Shown: one piece after another, positions 8,529 to 17,084 of the stretch
Layout: every line of letters begins with the position of its first letter
Position numbering within the stretch: the first letter of the stretch is position 1
Source: an uncultured Candidatus Kuenenia sp.
Lineage (GTDB): Bacteria > Planctomycetota > Planctomycetia > Gemmatales > Gemmataceae
NCBI GenBank assembly: GCA_964646215.1
Contig: CAZYAY010000006.1
Span: 2,747 to 66,746, forward strand
Direction of reading: 5' to 3'
Length of the DNA: 64,000 bases
Position numbers and translations under genes: made by a program
The notes under the pieces: generated by a model
Database searches by the model: none
What the model saw: the letters and a program-made list of their open reading frames with translations, nothing else
Told to the model about the DNA's origin: nothing

Positions 8529-10157
8529 TTACACCACTGGTATTCTCGGAACCGTATCACCATCTGGTACTTCTGCAGATGCTGGATCAAACCAGGATTC
8601 CTTGAAATCAATACGCTGCTTTTTCTTCATTGCAATGTTTGATGTTAAAGCAATGATTGCATCTGCCATGGCTACTCTGCCATGGCACCTCGGCATATCA
8701 ACTTCTGATTTTGAACTTTTATCCCAGACTCTTATTTTATAAGCAAAATCTTCCATTTCTTCTTTGTAACCGCGACTTACAGGAGTTCCTGCACCACTTG
8801 CTGCAGTGGCGCCACTTCCAACTGCAGATGGAGCACCTCCTGGCCCCCAAGTTGAACTTGCTTCAAGCACAGGTTTATTTCCAGGAGTGGTAGATACGCT
8901 GATGCTTGTGCTTTTTGGATCAGTAGATTTTTTTGAAGGATCCTTCTCGTTATAAAGCATTACAGATTGTTCAGCTTCAACAATCATGGTTCCGCGTGAA
9001 CCCATCACGCATTCACCATACTGTTCAAATCCATTGGTGTTTAAAGATGAATAGGTAACTACAACAATATCATCTTTGTCAGACCCCTTGTTCATGCCTT
9101 TTGGATGATTGGGGCCGGGAAATTCAAAGGTTACAAAGACGCTGTCATCGGAATCACGATCATTGCGATCGGGGCCATAGAAAATCTTGCCCCCAACGCC
9201 ACTGACTGATAAAGGATGAACTTTGCCAAGAAAAATACTGCAAGCATCAAGCTGATGGCTGCCTAATTCTGCCATTAAGCCACCACCTGTTTCGTTATAA
9301 AGCCTCCAACGAACAAGTTCTTCGACGCTTTTAAATCCAAACATTTTTGATTGTTCTTTAAGTTCATCATGATCAACTTGGTAGATGGGAGGATACCATC
9401 CATCTCTATATTTTGGGGCGGGATATTCTTTTGCGATCGGGAACTTAGGGGCTACATCGGGTACAAAAGGCCAAGAGTTATTTCGATGCCACAGCGCTCG
9501 TATATGTTTTACATCGCCTATGACACCAGATTTTAATACTTCAAATGCATGTGAATAGAGCATGCTATAATGGCGCTGATGACCAATGGATAATATTTTT
9601 TGTGTTTCTTTAGATACCTTGATCATTTCCTTGCATTGTGAAACATTCCAAGCCATCAATTTCTCGCATAGAACATGCTTTCCAGCTTTCATGGCATCAA
9701 TTGCAATCCGGGCATGATTGCAAAGAGGTGTTGCAATCACTACAGCTTCGATACTTTTGTCTTCAAGAACCTTTTTATAATCGGTGAATACTTTTATATC
9801 TTTGCTTTCAGGCCCATAAAGCTTTTTGAATCCTGGTCGAAGTGGCACCTTTGGGTCACCTTCCATGATTCGATCACGATTATAAGGTCGAATATCACAA
9901 ATTGCAGTGAATTTAAGATATTCCGGATTATGCGCCCCCACTAAAATACCACCTTCATCACCACAGCCAATCAATGCTGCTCGAACAGGGTTTCCTTCCA
10001 TGGATTTGTAACCGAAATATACTGCTGGAGTAATAGCTGCAACTCCAGCCCCGGCGGATAAACCTTTCAGGAAACCTCTACGTGAAAGATCCTGTGATAC
10101 ATTTTGAAAATTAGATTTTCCTTGTTCTTTTTGTTCCGCGGTAAGATCCATGGCCAT
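8529..10157 (-). CDS. Tat-exported Gfo/Idh/MocA-family NAD(P)-dependent oxidoreductase (542 aa)
   Basis: Twin-arginine signal SRRGFLKGLSAGAGVAAITPA. Rossmann segment RAALIGCGDEGG... and the EKLMAWN (EKP-like) motif are typical of Gfo/Idh/MocA. RBS AAGGGGA precedes ATG 10157. Confidence 0.85.
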   Translation of the reverse strand: MAMDLTAEQKEQGKSNFQNVSQDLSRRGFLKGLSAGAGVAAITPAVYFGYKSMEGNPVRAALIGCGDEGGILVGAHNPEYLKFTAICDIRPYNRDRIMEGDPKVPLRPGFKKLYGPESKDIKVFTDYKKVLEDKSIEAVVIATPLCNHARIAIDAMKAGKHVLCEKLMAWNVSQCKEMIKVSKETQKILSIGHQRHYSMLYSHAFEVLKSGVIGDVKHIRALWHRNNSWPFVPDVAPKFPIAKEYPAPKYRDGWYPPIYQVDHDELKEQSKMFGFKSVEELVRWRLYNETGGGLMAELGSHQLDACSIFLGKVHPLSVSGVGGKIFYGPDRNDRDSDDSVFVTFEFPGPNHPKGMNKGSDKDDIVVVTYSSLNTNGFEQYGECVMGSRGTMIVEAEQSVMLYNEKDPSKKSTDPKSTSISVSTTPGNKPVLEASSTWGPGGAPSAVGSGATAASGAGTPVSRGYKEEMEDFAYKIRVWDKSSKSEVDMPRCHGRVAMADAIIALTSNIAMKKKQRIDFKESWFDPASAEVPDGDTVPRIPVV

Positions 10158-10197
10158 TATTTTCCCCTTATATTAAATATCGTGAGTCAGTTGAAAA

Positions 10198-11205
10198 TTA
10201 GAGTGTTTTGTTTTTCGGTTCAGAATCCCAAGTACAACAATTAGGAAGCAAATTGGCAAGTATGGCGTCCAAGCCAAACCACCTGCCAGAATTAGTAGTC
10301 ACTAAAACAATCATAGCAAACATCTCTACTAAATTCTTGTTTACAAAAACATAGTTTCCTTCATTTAAAGGCGGAACGGGAAGCCATGGAAAAGGCGGGA
10401 TGGTAAAATAAGTCATCGCAAGAAAGCCAATTCCACCAAGGCAAGCAATTCGAGTGAATAATCCTAGAAATAAACCAGCCCCTATTGCAGTGATGCCAAA
10501 AATAGTCATTAAATTTATCCAGTGAATAAATCCCATTTTTTTCTGAATAGGTGGCAAAACCACGGATTTTTGTTCATTTGTAAGCAGCTTTTGTAATTCA
10601 GAATTGAAGGCGCCTTTTTGCGAATCATATTCATCGCTAAGTTCTTTTCGACCCTTGGATATTTCTGCCTTGGTGGAGGCAATTCGAGCTTTATCAAGCT
10701 CTTTGCCTAAGTACCAACTTCTGTCATCCGATCGGATTTTATCCAATTCTTCAAGCTTGGATTTGTAATAGGCCAACCATTGTGGGATGGTGTAATTGAT
10801 TTTCAAGGTACCAGTTGGTTTGCCATCAGGAGAAGGTATTTCAATTTCTTTTTTACCCTCTCTAAACCAATCCAAGGTTTTTTTAAGGTTTTTCTCAAGC
10901 ACTTCGTCCGCAGATTTCGTTTGCTCGGGTGTAAATTGATAAGCCGTTGCAAAATCTTTGGCAGTTGTATTCCAGTCATTTGTAATTGATTTTTCATCAA
11001 GCTTCGCAAGAAGCTCTGCATCTGGATCTTGTAGGAAGCCCTTCATGAATTTGCCTAATGGCCCTGATGATTCACGAAAATAGATTTCGCTGCTAAAAGG
11101 TCGCGGGGAGTAAAGTGAATGAATCTTGTGTAGGCCCTCAAAAAGAAAATGCCAACCAATTATAAGCCTTAGAAGAATCAAAGAAATACCTGTGTAACGA
11201 TTCAT
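10198..11205 (-). CDS. DoxX-family membrane protein with a large internal soluble helical insert
   Basis: N-terminal helix LILLRLIIGWHFLFEGLHKI (DoxX RLxxGxxFxxxGxxK pattern). The C-terminal part has about 3 helices ending NSGRWFGLD. The helices are separated by about 190 aa of charged, helical sequence. Confidence 0.65.
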   Translation of the reverse strand: MNRYTGISLILLRLIIGWHFLFEGLHKIHSLYSPRPFSSEIYFRESSGPLGKFMKGFLQDPDAELLAKLDEKSITNDWNTTAKDFATAYQFTPEQTKSADEVLEKNLKKTLDWFREGKKEIEIPSPDGKPTGTLKINYTIPQWLAYYKSKLEELDKIRSDDRSWYLGKELDKARIASTKAEISKGRKELSDEYDSQKGAFNSELQKLLTNEQKSVVLPPIQKKMGFIHWINLMTIFGITAIGAGLFLGLFTRIACLGGIGFLAMTYFTIPPFPWLPVPPLNEGNYVFVNKNLVEMFAMIVLVTTNSGRWFGLDAILANLLPNCCTWDSEPKNKTL

Positions 11206-11250
11206 TAAAATCTCGCAATGAATATAAATTCGGGTACCAATTCAAATAGG

Positions 11251-12285
11251 TTAAAACTCTGCGGACAAATTGCCAACAACTAAAACCTCATCTTTTTCAT
11301 TTTCTGAAAGAATAAGTATGCCAGTTTCCTTATGGTTCTCACAATATTTAATTGCAGCATTCGTTCCGAGAACAAAAAAAGCAGTCGAAAGAGCATCTGC
11401 TGTTGTTGCGTCAGGAGCTGCTACAACACATGTTGCAACGCCACTGGCTGGATATCCAGTTTTAGGGTTTAAAATATGTCCGTACTTAATCCCATTCAAT
11501 TCAAAATTATTATAGGTTGTTGCAGATATACCCAAAGCCCTGTTTTTCAAAAAAACTGTTGCGATTTTTTGATTGGGTTTCCATGGATGATTAATGGCAA
11601 TTGGCCAGCCTTTAGGCTGATTTTGAGGAGAACTACCACAAACAATGCTACTTTTTCCTCCATGGATCATGAATGTTGAAATCCCAAATTTATTAAGAAG
11701 AAGGCCCTTTACCCTATCTAGGGCGTAACCTTTCCCTATCGCACCAAGATTAATTTCCATTTCTGGTTTGAGAAAAAACACGGACTTTTTATCAGGATCA
11801 AGAATTAACGCCTCTGATCCAAACGTTGAAAGAAGATTGATAATCTCAACTTCGCTCGGAACCCTTTTAGGCCCTTTGAAAAACCCCCACAATTTTATTA
11901 GTTTGCCGGCTGTAATGTCAAAACCTTGGTTGCTTTCCGCGCTTAGTTTCTTAGCTTTTTGGATCAAGCTAAATAGTTGAGACTCGACAATTACATGGTG
12001 TTTTGCTGCATTTTGATTAATGCGCACCATCTCACTTTGCTCAATGTAGACAGATAATTGATTTTCCAAAACTGAAATTAAATCAAGGCAATCTTCCGCC
12101 ATTAAAACAGCATCTTTTGTCCCAAGAGGGAATGAAATCTCAAAGTTTGTGGCCATTGCCCTGCGCTTGATATGAATCAGGCTCAAATCTGGTGCGGGAG
12201 GATTAATAATAGAGTTGAGACCAGACGAAATAAGCCCGGCATTATGGGATAAATTTGCCGGGCTTATTAGGTTTCTTCTATCCAT
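11251..12285 (-). CDS. apbE: FAD:protein FMN transferase (ApbE family)
   Basis: ApbE family motifs are present: FDITAGKLIKLWGF, GAIGKGYALDR, FMIHGGKSSI, DALSTAFFVLG. The N-terminus has MDRRNLIS (possible twin-Arg). Confidence 0.85.
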   Translation of the reverse strand: MDRRNLISPANLSHNAGLISSGLNSIINPPAPDLSLIHIKRRAMATNFEISFPLGTKDAVLMAEDCLDLISVLENQLSVYIEQSEMVRINQNAAKHHVIVESQLFSLIQKAKKLSAESNQGFDITAGKLIKLWGFFKGPKRVPSEVEIINLLSTFGSEALILDPDKKSVFFLKPEMEINLGAIGKGYALDRVKGLLLNKFGISTFMIHGGKSSIVCGSSPQNQPKGWPIAINHPWKPNQKIATVFLKNRALGISATTYNNFELNGIKYGHILNPKTGYPASGVATCVVAAPDATTADALSTAFFVLGTNAAIKYCENHKETGILILSENEKDEVLVVGNLSAEF

Positions 12286-12358
12286 GATTTATTGCCTTAA
12301 AGGCACCTGATAAACATGGGCGAATAATAAAGCGTTTAAAGAAAAACTTACAACTTCT

Positions 12359-13444
12359 TTAATCATCTTCATCTCGAACAAGAGGTTCAAGCTGTTTCGT
12401 ATTTCGTTCAACAGCCAGAATAATGGTCCGTTCTTCAACGCCATCAGGTGAAATAGCAACAGCTGGAATAATTTGCCTACTATCTGGAAGACTGAAGCGC
12501 ATTGTAAAAGTGCCATCAGGTCTAAGTTTTACAGGTTCACCTTGAAGAGTAACTCTGGCGTTAGCATCGGTTGATCCGTAAACAATCAATTCGGCATCAA
12601 CTTGAAACTTAAAATCGCGATTCTTTCCAGGAATAAAACCAGCTGATCCAAAACTCGTGATTGCAGAGGAACCAAGAGGCCTGCGCAATCTTTCTTCGAA
12701 AAGTTGTTTGAGTTCCATGCTACTGGAACTTGGATCAAATCCACCAGACATTGCGTAAATTTTATCTGCTTTTTCATTATCCAAATCTGCCCAGTTCTCA
12801 TCAATAACGTCGCTGATACCAGCCCTTGGGGTTGTAACAACATTGGATCTGGAAAGAACATAAAATTTGCCAGATTTTGCAAGATATCCAATATCTATAC
12901 GGTAGGAGCGCGGTGGTGTTTTAACATTCAGATACCAACTGTTGCATCCACCATGGATCTCGATATCCTGGACAATCGTTTCACTAGAGCATGTAGTGTC
13001 ATTCGAGGTAACGTCAAGAAGGCGCAAAATCGGTTTGCAACTATGCCAATCTTGAGATAGGGCGGCCTCGGCTCTTTGAATTGCTTGCCTGGTTATTTCC
13101 CAGTAGGCATGCAACCAAAAAGGATCACGGACCATAACAACTATTCGATCTTTATTGTAACCTTTTGGAAGGTCTTTGGGGGCTTTTGCGGCAAGATCTT
13201 TAGTTGGAATGCCCATGGAAATCCTGGATTTATCCTGAGCTTCCATTGCAGAGTCACGGGCCAGGGAAATCTGAGTTCGCTTTTTTAAAAGATTATTTTT
13301 CTTGATTGCCATTTGCTTCGAGGAAGACTTGATTTTTGTAGTTGTCTTCGCTTTTGAAACGGGCTCTTTGGTTATTTTATTAACAGAACGAACTGCAGGT
13401 GGGGGAGAAATTTTTGATTTATTTACAGACTTTTTGGCTGCCAT
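12359..13444 (-). CDS. DUF4912 domain protein with Lys-rich N-terminal region
   Basis: DRIVVMVRDPFWLHAYWEI is the hallmark start of DUF4912. ORF track starts at TTG 13465; the first ATG is at 13444. Confidence 0.65.
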   Translation of the reverse strand: MAAKKSVNKSKISPPPAVRSVNKITKEPVSKAKTTTKIKSSSKQMAIKKNNLLKKRTQISLARDSAMEAQDKSRISMGIPTKDLAAKAPKDLPKGYNKDRIVVMVRDPFWLHAYWEITRQAIQRAEAALSQDWHSCKPILRLLDVTSNDTTCSSETIVQDIEIHGGCNSWYLNVKTPPRSYRIDIGYLAKSGKFYVLSRSNVVTTPRAGISDVIDENWADLDNEKADKIYAMSGGFDPSSSSMELKQLFEERLRRPLGSSAITSFGSAGFIPGKNRDFKFQVDAELIVYGSTDANARVTLQGEPVKLRPDGTFTMRFSLPDSRQIIPAVAISPDGVEERTIILAVERNTKQLEPLVRDEDD

Positions 13445-13759
13445 ATGCAATGCTCCATTTGGCAATTTTTGCCATTTGCTTCTTTAGACCTCCTTGTCAA
13501 AAGAAATGGTTAGTATGATTAAAACTTCTGATACATACAACATTAACAAATCTAATCCACACGGCAAAATTATTACGCTGATATTTGCACTTAAATCTCA
13601 TTGTTTGAATGTCGTAAGGCAGTAGTATTAGATTAAATTAGATCAAAAAAAATGTCAAACAAAAACTTTGGAAATCGTTATAATATCAAGACTTATAGCC
13701 ATTTAAAAAGGCGCTATAGTTTCCCCAAGTGTAACATTTAACCTAAAGTGAAGTGGTTG

Positions 13760-13960
13760 ATGACTCCCAATCCCAAAAAAGAAATCAAAGGCTTTGCTCT
13801 TTATGTCGAACTTGCATCTTTGGGGGTTGAGATGTTTGTTCCCATAGCCATTGGTGCTTTTTTGGACTCTTATACTTCTTCCAAGCCTTTTGGAATACTT
13901 TTGGGCATTATTTTTGGGGTTCTAGGTGTTTCTATCCATATCAAAAGGCGTTTGTTTTAA
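13760..13960 (+). CDS. AtpZ/AtpI-family small membrane protein (putative F0F1 ATPase accessory subunit)
   Basis: Two-helix 66-aa protein (FALYVELASLGVEMFVPIAIGAFLD...GILLGIIFGVLGVSIHI) sitting directly at the head of the atp operon. A GTG at 13748 is an alternative start. Confidence 0.55.
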   Translation: MTPNPKKEIKGFALYVELASLGVEMFVPIAIGAFLDSYTSSKPFGILLGIIFGVLGVSIHIKRRLF

Positions 13961-13961
13961 G

Positions 13962-14387
13962 GTGGGCGTTTTGATTCAAAAAAATGCATTGAATGATGGT
14001 GCCATCGCTAAATTAGACAAGCGTTTTTTAGGCTTTTATGGCTTGATTGCCCTTGTTTTTCTTGCTGTTTTTATCGGTCAGTACATGAACGGATATGAAG
14101 GGACGGAAATTTATTACTTTCTTGCTCTATCCATGTTTTTCTGGGCGTTTTTTATTTCTAAATTGATCACGGTCCTTTTTGAATTCTTTTACAAGGATAA
14201 TCATAGTTCTGTACTTTTTCTGACCTCTCTTCCCCGATTGTCGTTGTTTTTGCTTGCTTTTGTTTTTTTTAAAAATACAGTGCACGAAGAAATGAATAGA
14301 CAACTGGTTTTAATTGCCATTTGTGTTTTCTTTTTCTTTACCCTCTTGGAAGCGATCTTGAAGTTGAAATTGTTTTCTCGTATTTGA
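13962..14387 (+). CDS. Hypothetical 4-helix membrane protein, ATP synthase protein I-like by position
   Basis: ORF track gives 13926..14387. An in-frame GTG at 13962 sits 1 nt after the preceding stop. The protein is hydrophobic with about 4 helices and lies between the atpZ-like gene and atpB. I recognised no diagnostic motif. Confidence 0.4.
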   Translation: MGVLIQKNALNDGAIAKLDKRFLGFYGLIALVFLAVFIGQYMNGYEGTEIYYFLALSMFFWAFFISKLITVLFEFFYKDNHSSVLFLTSLPRLSLFLLAFVFFKNTVHEEMNRQLVLIAICVFFFFTLLEAILKLKLFSRI

Positions 14388-14436
14388 TTGGTATCGGTTA
14401 ATTGTTGTTCGTGTGTTTTTAAAAGTGGGTCAATAT

Positions 14437-15333
14437 ATGTTTTCCAAACCCGTGCCAGATGCAATGGATGAAGTTCAAGACCAACTCCACCATTGGCATT
14501 TTTTTGATGAACAGGGGTTATTTGAACACGGTATTCATTTGAATTTGATTTCTTTTGATCTTTTCGGGTTTCATGTTTCCATAAGCAAATTTAAGATTTT
14601 ATTGCTGGTTGTTGCTATTTTAATTGCTGCAATCTACATTCCGCTTTGCCGCCGGGTTTCGAAAGGTGAAATCTTACGAGGTCCTTTTTGGAATGCTTTT
14701 GAATGCTTGCTAACCTACATCAGAAATGAAGTGGCAAAACCTACTCTAGGTGATTTGGCTGATAAATATGTCCCATTCTTGTGGACTTTATTTCTATTTA
14801 TTTTATTCGCCAATTTGTTTGGAATGCTTCCTTTCATGGGTTCTCCTACGGCAAATATTTCGGTTACCGGGGCACTGGCTCTTGTCAGTTGTTTTTTCAT
14901 CAACTACACCGGCATAAAGAAAAATGGTGTGGGAGGTTTTGTTAAAGGTTTTTGGATGAAGATTGATCTCCCTGTTTTTGGGCCAATCATCAGTGCTTTT
15001 CTTTTTGTGATTGAATTTGCTGGTATTTTTATTCGCAGTGGAGTGTTAGCTGTTCGTTTATTTGCAAATATGTTTGCGGGTCACATGGTTCTTGCCACCG
15101 TGCTTTTGTTTGCGGTTAAGGTTGCGGGTGAAAATATTCTGCTTCAATCAGGTGTTACCGTTGTTAGTTTGGCAGCAAGCTTGGCCTTGTGTTTTCTCGA
15201 ATTGCTTGTTGCGTTTTTGCAAGCTTATGTTTTTACATTCTTGACAGCTTTGTTCATGGGTATGGCTACTCATGAAGGACATGCTCACGACGATCATGCC
15301 CATGATGAAAACGTGATTCAAGGCAATCATTGA
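14437..15333 (+). CDS. atpB: F0F1 ATP synthase subunit a
   Basis: LAVRLFANMFAGHMV contains the essential Arg motif (RLxxNxxAGH). The protein is polytopic and sits in the operon at the expected position. ORF track starts at GTG 14413; ATG is at 14437. Confidence 0.9.
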   Translation: MFSKPVPDAMDEVQDQLHHWHFFDEQGLFEHGIHLNLISFDLFGFHVSISKFKILLLVVAILIAAIYIPLCRRVSKGEILRGPFWNAFECLLTYIRNEVAKPTLGDLADKYVPFLWTLFLFILFANLFGMLPFMGSPTANISVTGALALVSCFFINYTGIKKNGVGGFVKGFWMKIDLPVFGPIISAFLFVIEFAGIFIRSGVLAVRLFANMFAGHMVLATVLLFAVKVAGENILLQSGVTVVSLAASLALCFLELLVAFLQAYVFTFLTALFMGMATHEGHAHDDHAHDENVIQGNH

Positions 15334-15438
15334 AATTAGATTGACTATTGTTTAAATGATTCATAAGTAATGATAACTTAGCTCTTCTGTTTTCTTGTTG
15401 TGTTTACCCCTTATGGTAATTGTGGAGGCTTGTTTTCG

Positions 15439-15720
15439 ATGAAAAAGATTTTTTTGATGCTTGTGGTTGTTGTTGCGTTGTTTTGTTTCGCAGATAATGC
15501 ATTTGCTGCAGACGGCTTGGCCTCTTTTGGCAAAGGCTTGGGTGCAGGCTTGGCAATTATTGGAGCCGGCATTGGTTTGGGTTACATTGGCTCAGGCATG
15601 GCAGAAAGCATGGCTCGTCAACCTGAAATGGCTAACGATCTTAGAAACGCCAGTATCATCATCGCAGCATTGCTTGAAGGTGTAGCCTTATTTGCATTGC
15701 TAATTTGCTTCCTTATTTAG
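15439..15720 (+). CDS. atpE: F0F1 ATP synthase subunit c, with an N-terminal signal-peptide-like extension
   Basis: Helical hairpin GAGIGLGYIGSGMAESMARQPE / IIIAALLEGVALFALLI with the conserved ion-binding Glu. I chose the ATG at 15439 (MKKIFLML...). Confidence 0.9.
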   Translation: MKKIFLMLVVVVALFCFADNAFAADGLASFGKGLGAGLAIIGAGIGLGYIGSGMAESMARQPEMANDLRNASIIIAALLEGVALFALLICFLI

Positions 15721-15753
15721 TTTCTATTCTTTAAATCGGGAGGTAGAGGGGCC

Positions 15754-16389
15754 ATGTTACGACGTTTTTTCGTCATGACTTTGATTGGTTTGCTCAGCCT
15801 TGGGTTTGTGTTTTCCACAAACTGTTTTGCTGAAGTTAAGTCTTCTGAAGCCAAAACTGCTGAATCCAAGGTTGCGGATACAAATCAGCCTGCAAAACAA
15901 AGAGATATCTTTGGATTCAGTGCTGACACTGGGGTTTGGACTTTGGTTCTTTTTGTTTTGCTTTTCTTTGTATTAAAGAAAACAGCATGGGGCCCCATGC
16001 TGGAAGGTTTGCAAAAACGCGAAGAAAATATTCGTCGTGCCATCGACGAGGCCGAAGCCGCTAGTTTAAAATCCCAGAAATTACAATCTGAACTCGATGC
16101 CAAGTTTAGGTTGGCTGGTGATCAAATTCGGCTTTTGATTGAGGAAGCCCGTCGTGATGGCCAGGCATTGAAAGATGAGATGGTTTCAAAAGCCAAAGAA
16201 GAAATTGGTGCCGAACGCGACAGGTTACATCGTGAGTTGCAGCTTGCTAAAGATCAGGCGATGAAAGATTTACTTACCAAGGCCTCCGATTTGGCTTTGC
16301 TTGTATCTTCTAAAGCCATTAAAAAGTCTTTGACAATCGAAGATCATCGTGTTCTTGTTGATGATTGCTTGGCTGAACTTTCTAAATAG
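15754..16389 (+). CDS. atpF: F0F1 ATP synthase subunit b
   Basis: A single TM segment (WTLVLFVLLFFVL) is followed by a long charged helix (REENIRRAIDEAEAASLKSQKLQSELDAK...). The RBS is GGGAGGTAGAGGGG. Operon position fits. Confidence 0.85.
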   Translation: MLRRFFVMTLIGLLSLGFVFSTNCFAEVKSSEAKTAESKVADTNQPAKQRDIFGFSADTGVWTLVLFVLLFFVLKKTAWGPMLEGLQKREENIRRAIDEAEAASLKSQKLQSELDAKFRLAGDQIRLLIEEARRDGQALKDEMVSKAKEEIGAERDRLHRELQLAKDQAMKDLLTKASDLALLVSSKAIKKSLTIEDHRVLVDDCLAELSK

Positions 16390-16427
16390 TTTTTATGATT
16401 GCAGTGTTTTTCTGCTGGGGCTAGATA

Positions 16428-17084
16428 ATGTCTTTAAGTGATGTTGATTTAAACATAGCTGAACTTGCCAAGCAATATACTGTGCTTGACGATGCATCTC
16501 AGCGAATTATCCAAGTTTATTCTGCTGCACTATATCAAGCGGCGCTGCCTTTAGGCCTTGCTGATAGTGTGCAGGCGGAATTGCTTGAGATATCTTCACT
16601 TTTGAAAACAAACCCCAGGCTGGAAACACTTTTTGCAAGTCCTGTTATTTCTCGCGATGAAAAAACAAGATTGTTAAAACTGGTTTTTGAAGGTAAGTGC
16701 AGCCCTTTAGTTGTTAATTTTATCTTTGTGCTTAATGAGCATGATAGACTTGGTTTGCTTGGCGCTTCTGTTCATGCATATCAAGTTTTGAATGAAACCA
16801 GGAAAAATCAGTTACAAGTTCAGGTTATTACCAGTGTCAAGGTTACGCCTGAGCAAGAGATTGCATTACAAAATGCTTTACAAGTAAAGCTTGGTAAGCA
16901 ACCTGTTCTTTCTTATACGGTGGATGATTCCATTGTTGGTGGATTAATTATTAAAGCCGGGGATTGGCTTTGGGACGGAAGTTTGCGTAACCGTCTTCAA
17001 TCCTTGCGAAATCAATTGATTGAGAGAAGTACCTATGAGATTCAAAGCAGACGAGATAGCTTCAGTTCTTCAGAAGGAAATTGA
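16428..17084 (+). CDS. atpH: F0F1 ATP synthase subunit delta (OSCP)
   Basis: The OSCP-like pattern is present: YSAALYQAA..., [39 protein letters not shown]. The 3' end overlaps atpA by 50 nt. Confidence 0.85.
   Translation: MSLSDVDLNIAELAKQYTVLDDASQRIIQVYSAALYQAALPLGLADSVQAELLEISSLLKTNPRLETLFASPVISRDEKTRLLKLVFEGKCSPLVVNFIFVLNEHDRLGLLGASVHAYQVLNETRKNQLQVQVITSVKVTPEQEIALQNALQVKLGKQPVLSYTVDDSIVGGLIIKAGDWLWDGSLRNRLQSLRNQLIERSTYEIQSRRDSFSSSEGN

Noticed and set aside
12289-12516. 75-aa minus-strand ORF between the DUF4912 and apbE genes
   Set aside because: Most of it overlaps the 3' end of the DUF4912 gene in another frame. Only about 70 nt is unique, and it has no RBS or recognisable motif.
17035-17084. 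The 50-nt overlap between atpH and atpA as a sign of a frameshift, pseudogene or programmed recoding
   Set aside because: Both reading frames are intact and full-length with their conserved termini. The atpA ATG at 17035 gives the canonical [10 protein letters not shown]... N-terminus. A slightly extended delta C-terminus overlapping the next gene is the simpler explanation.
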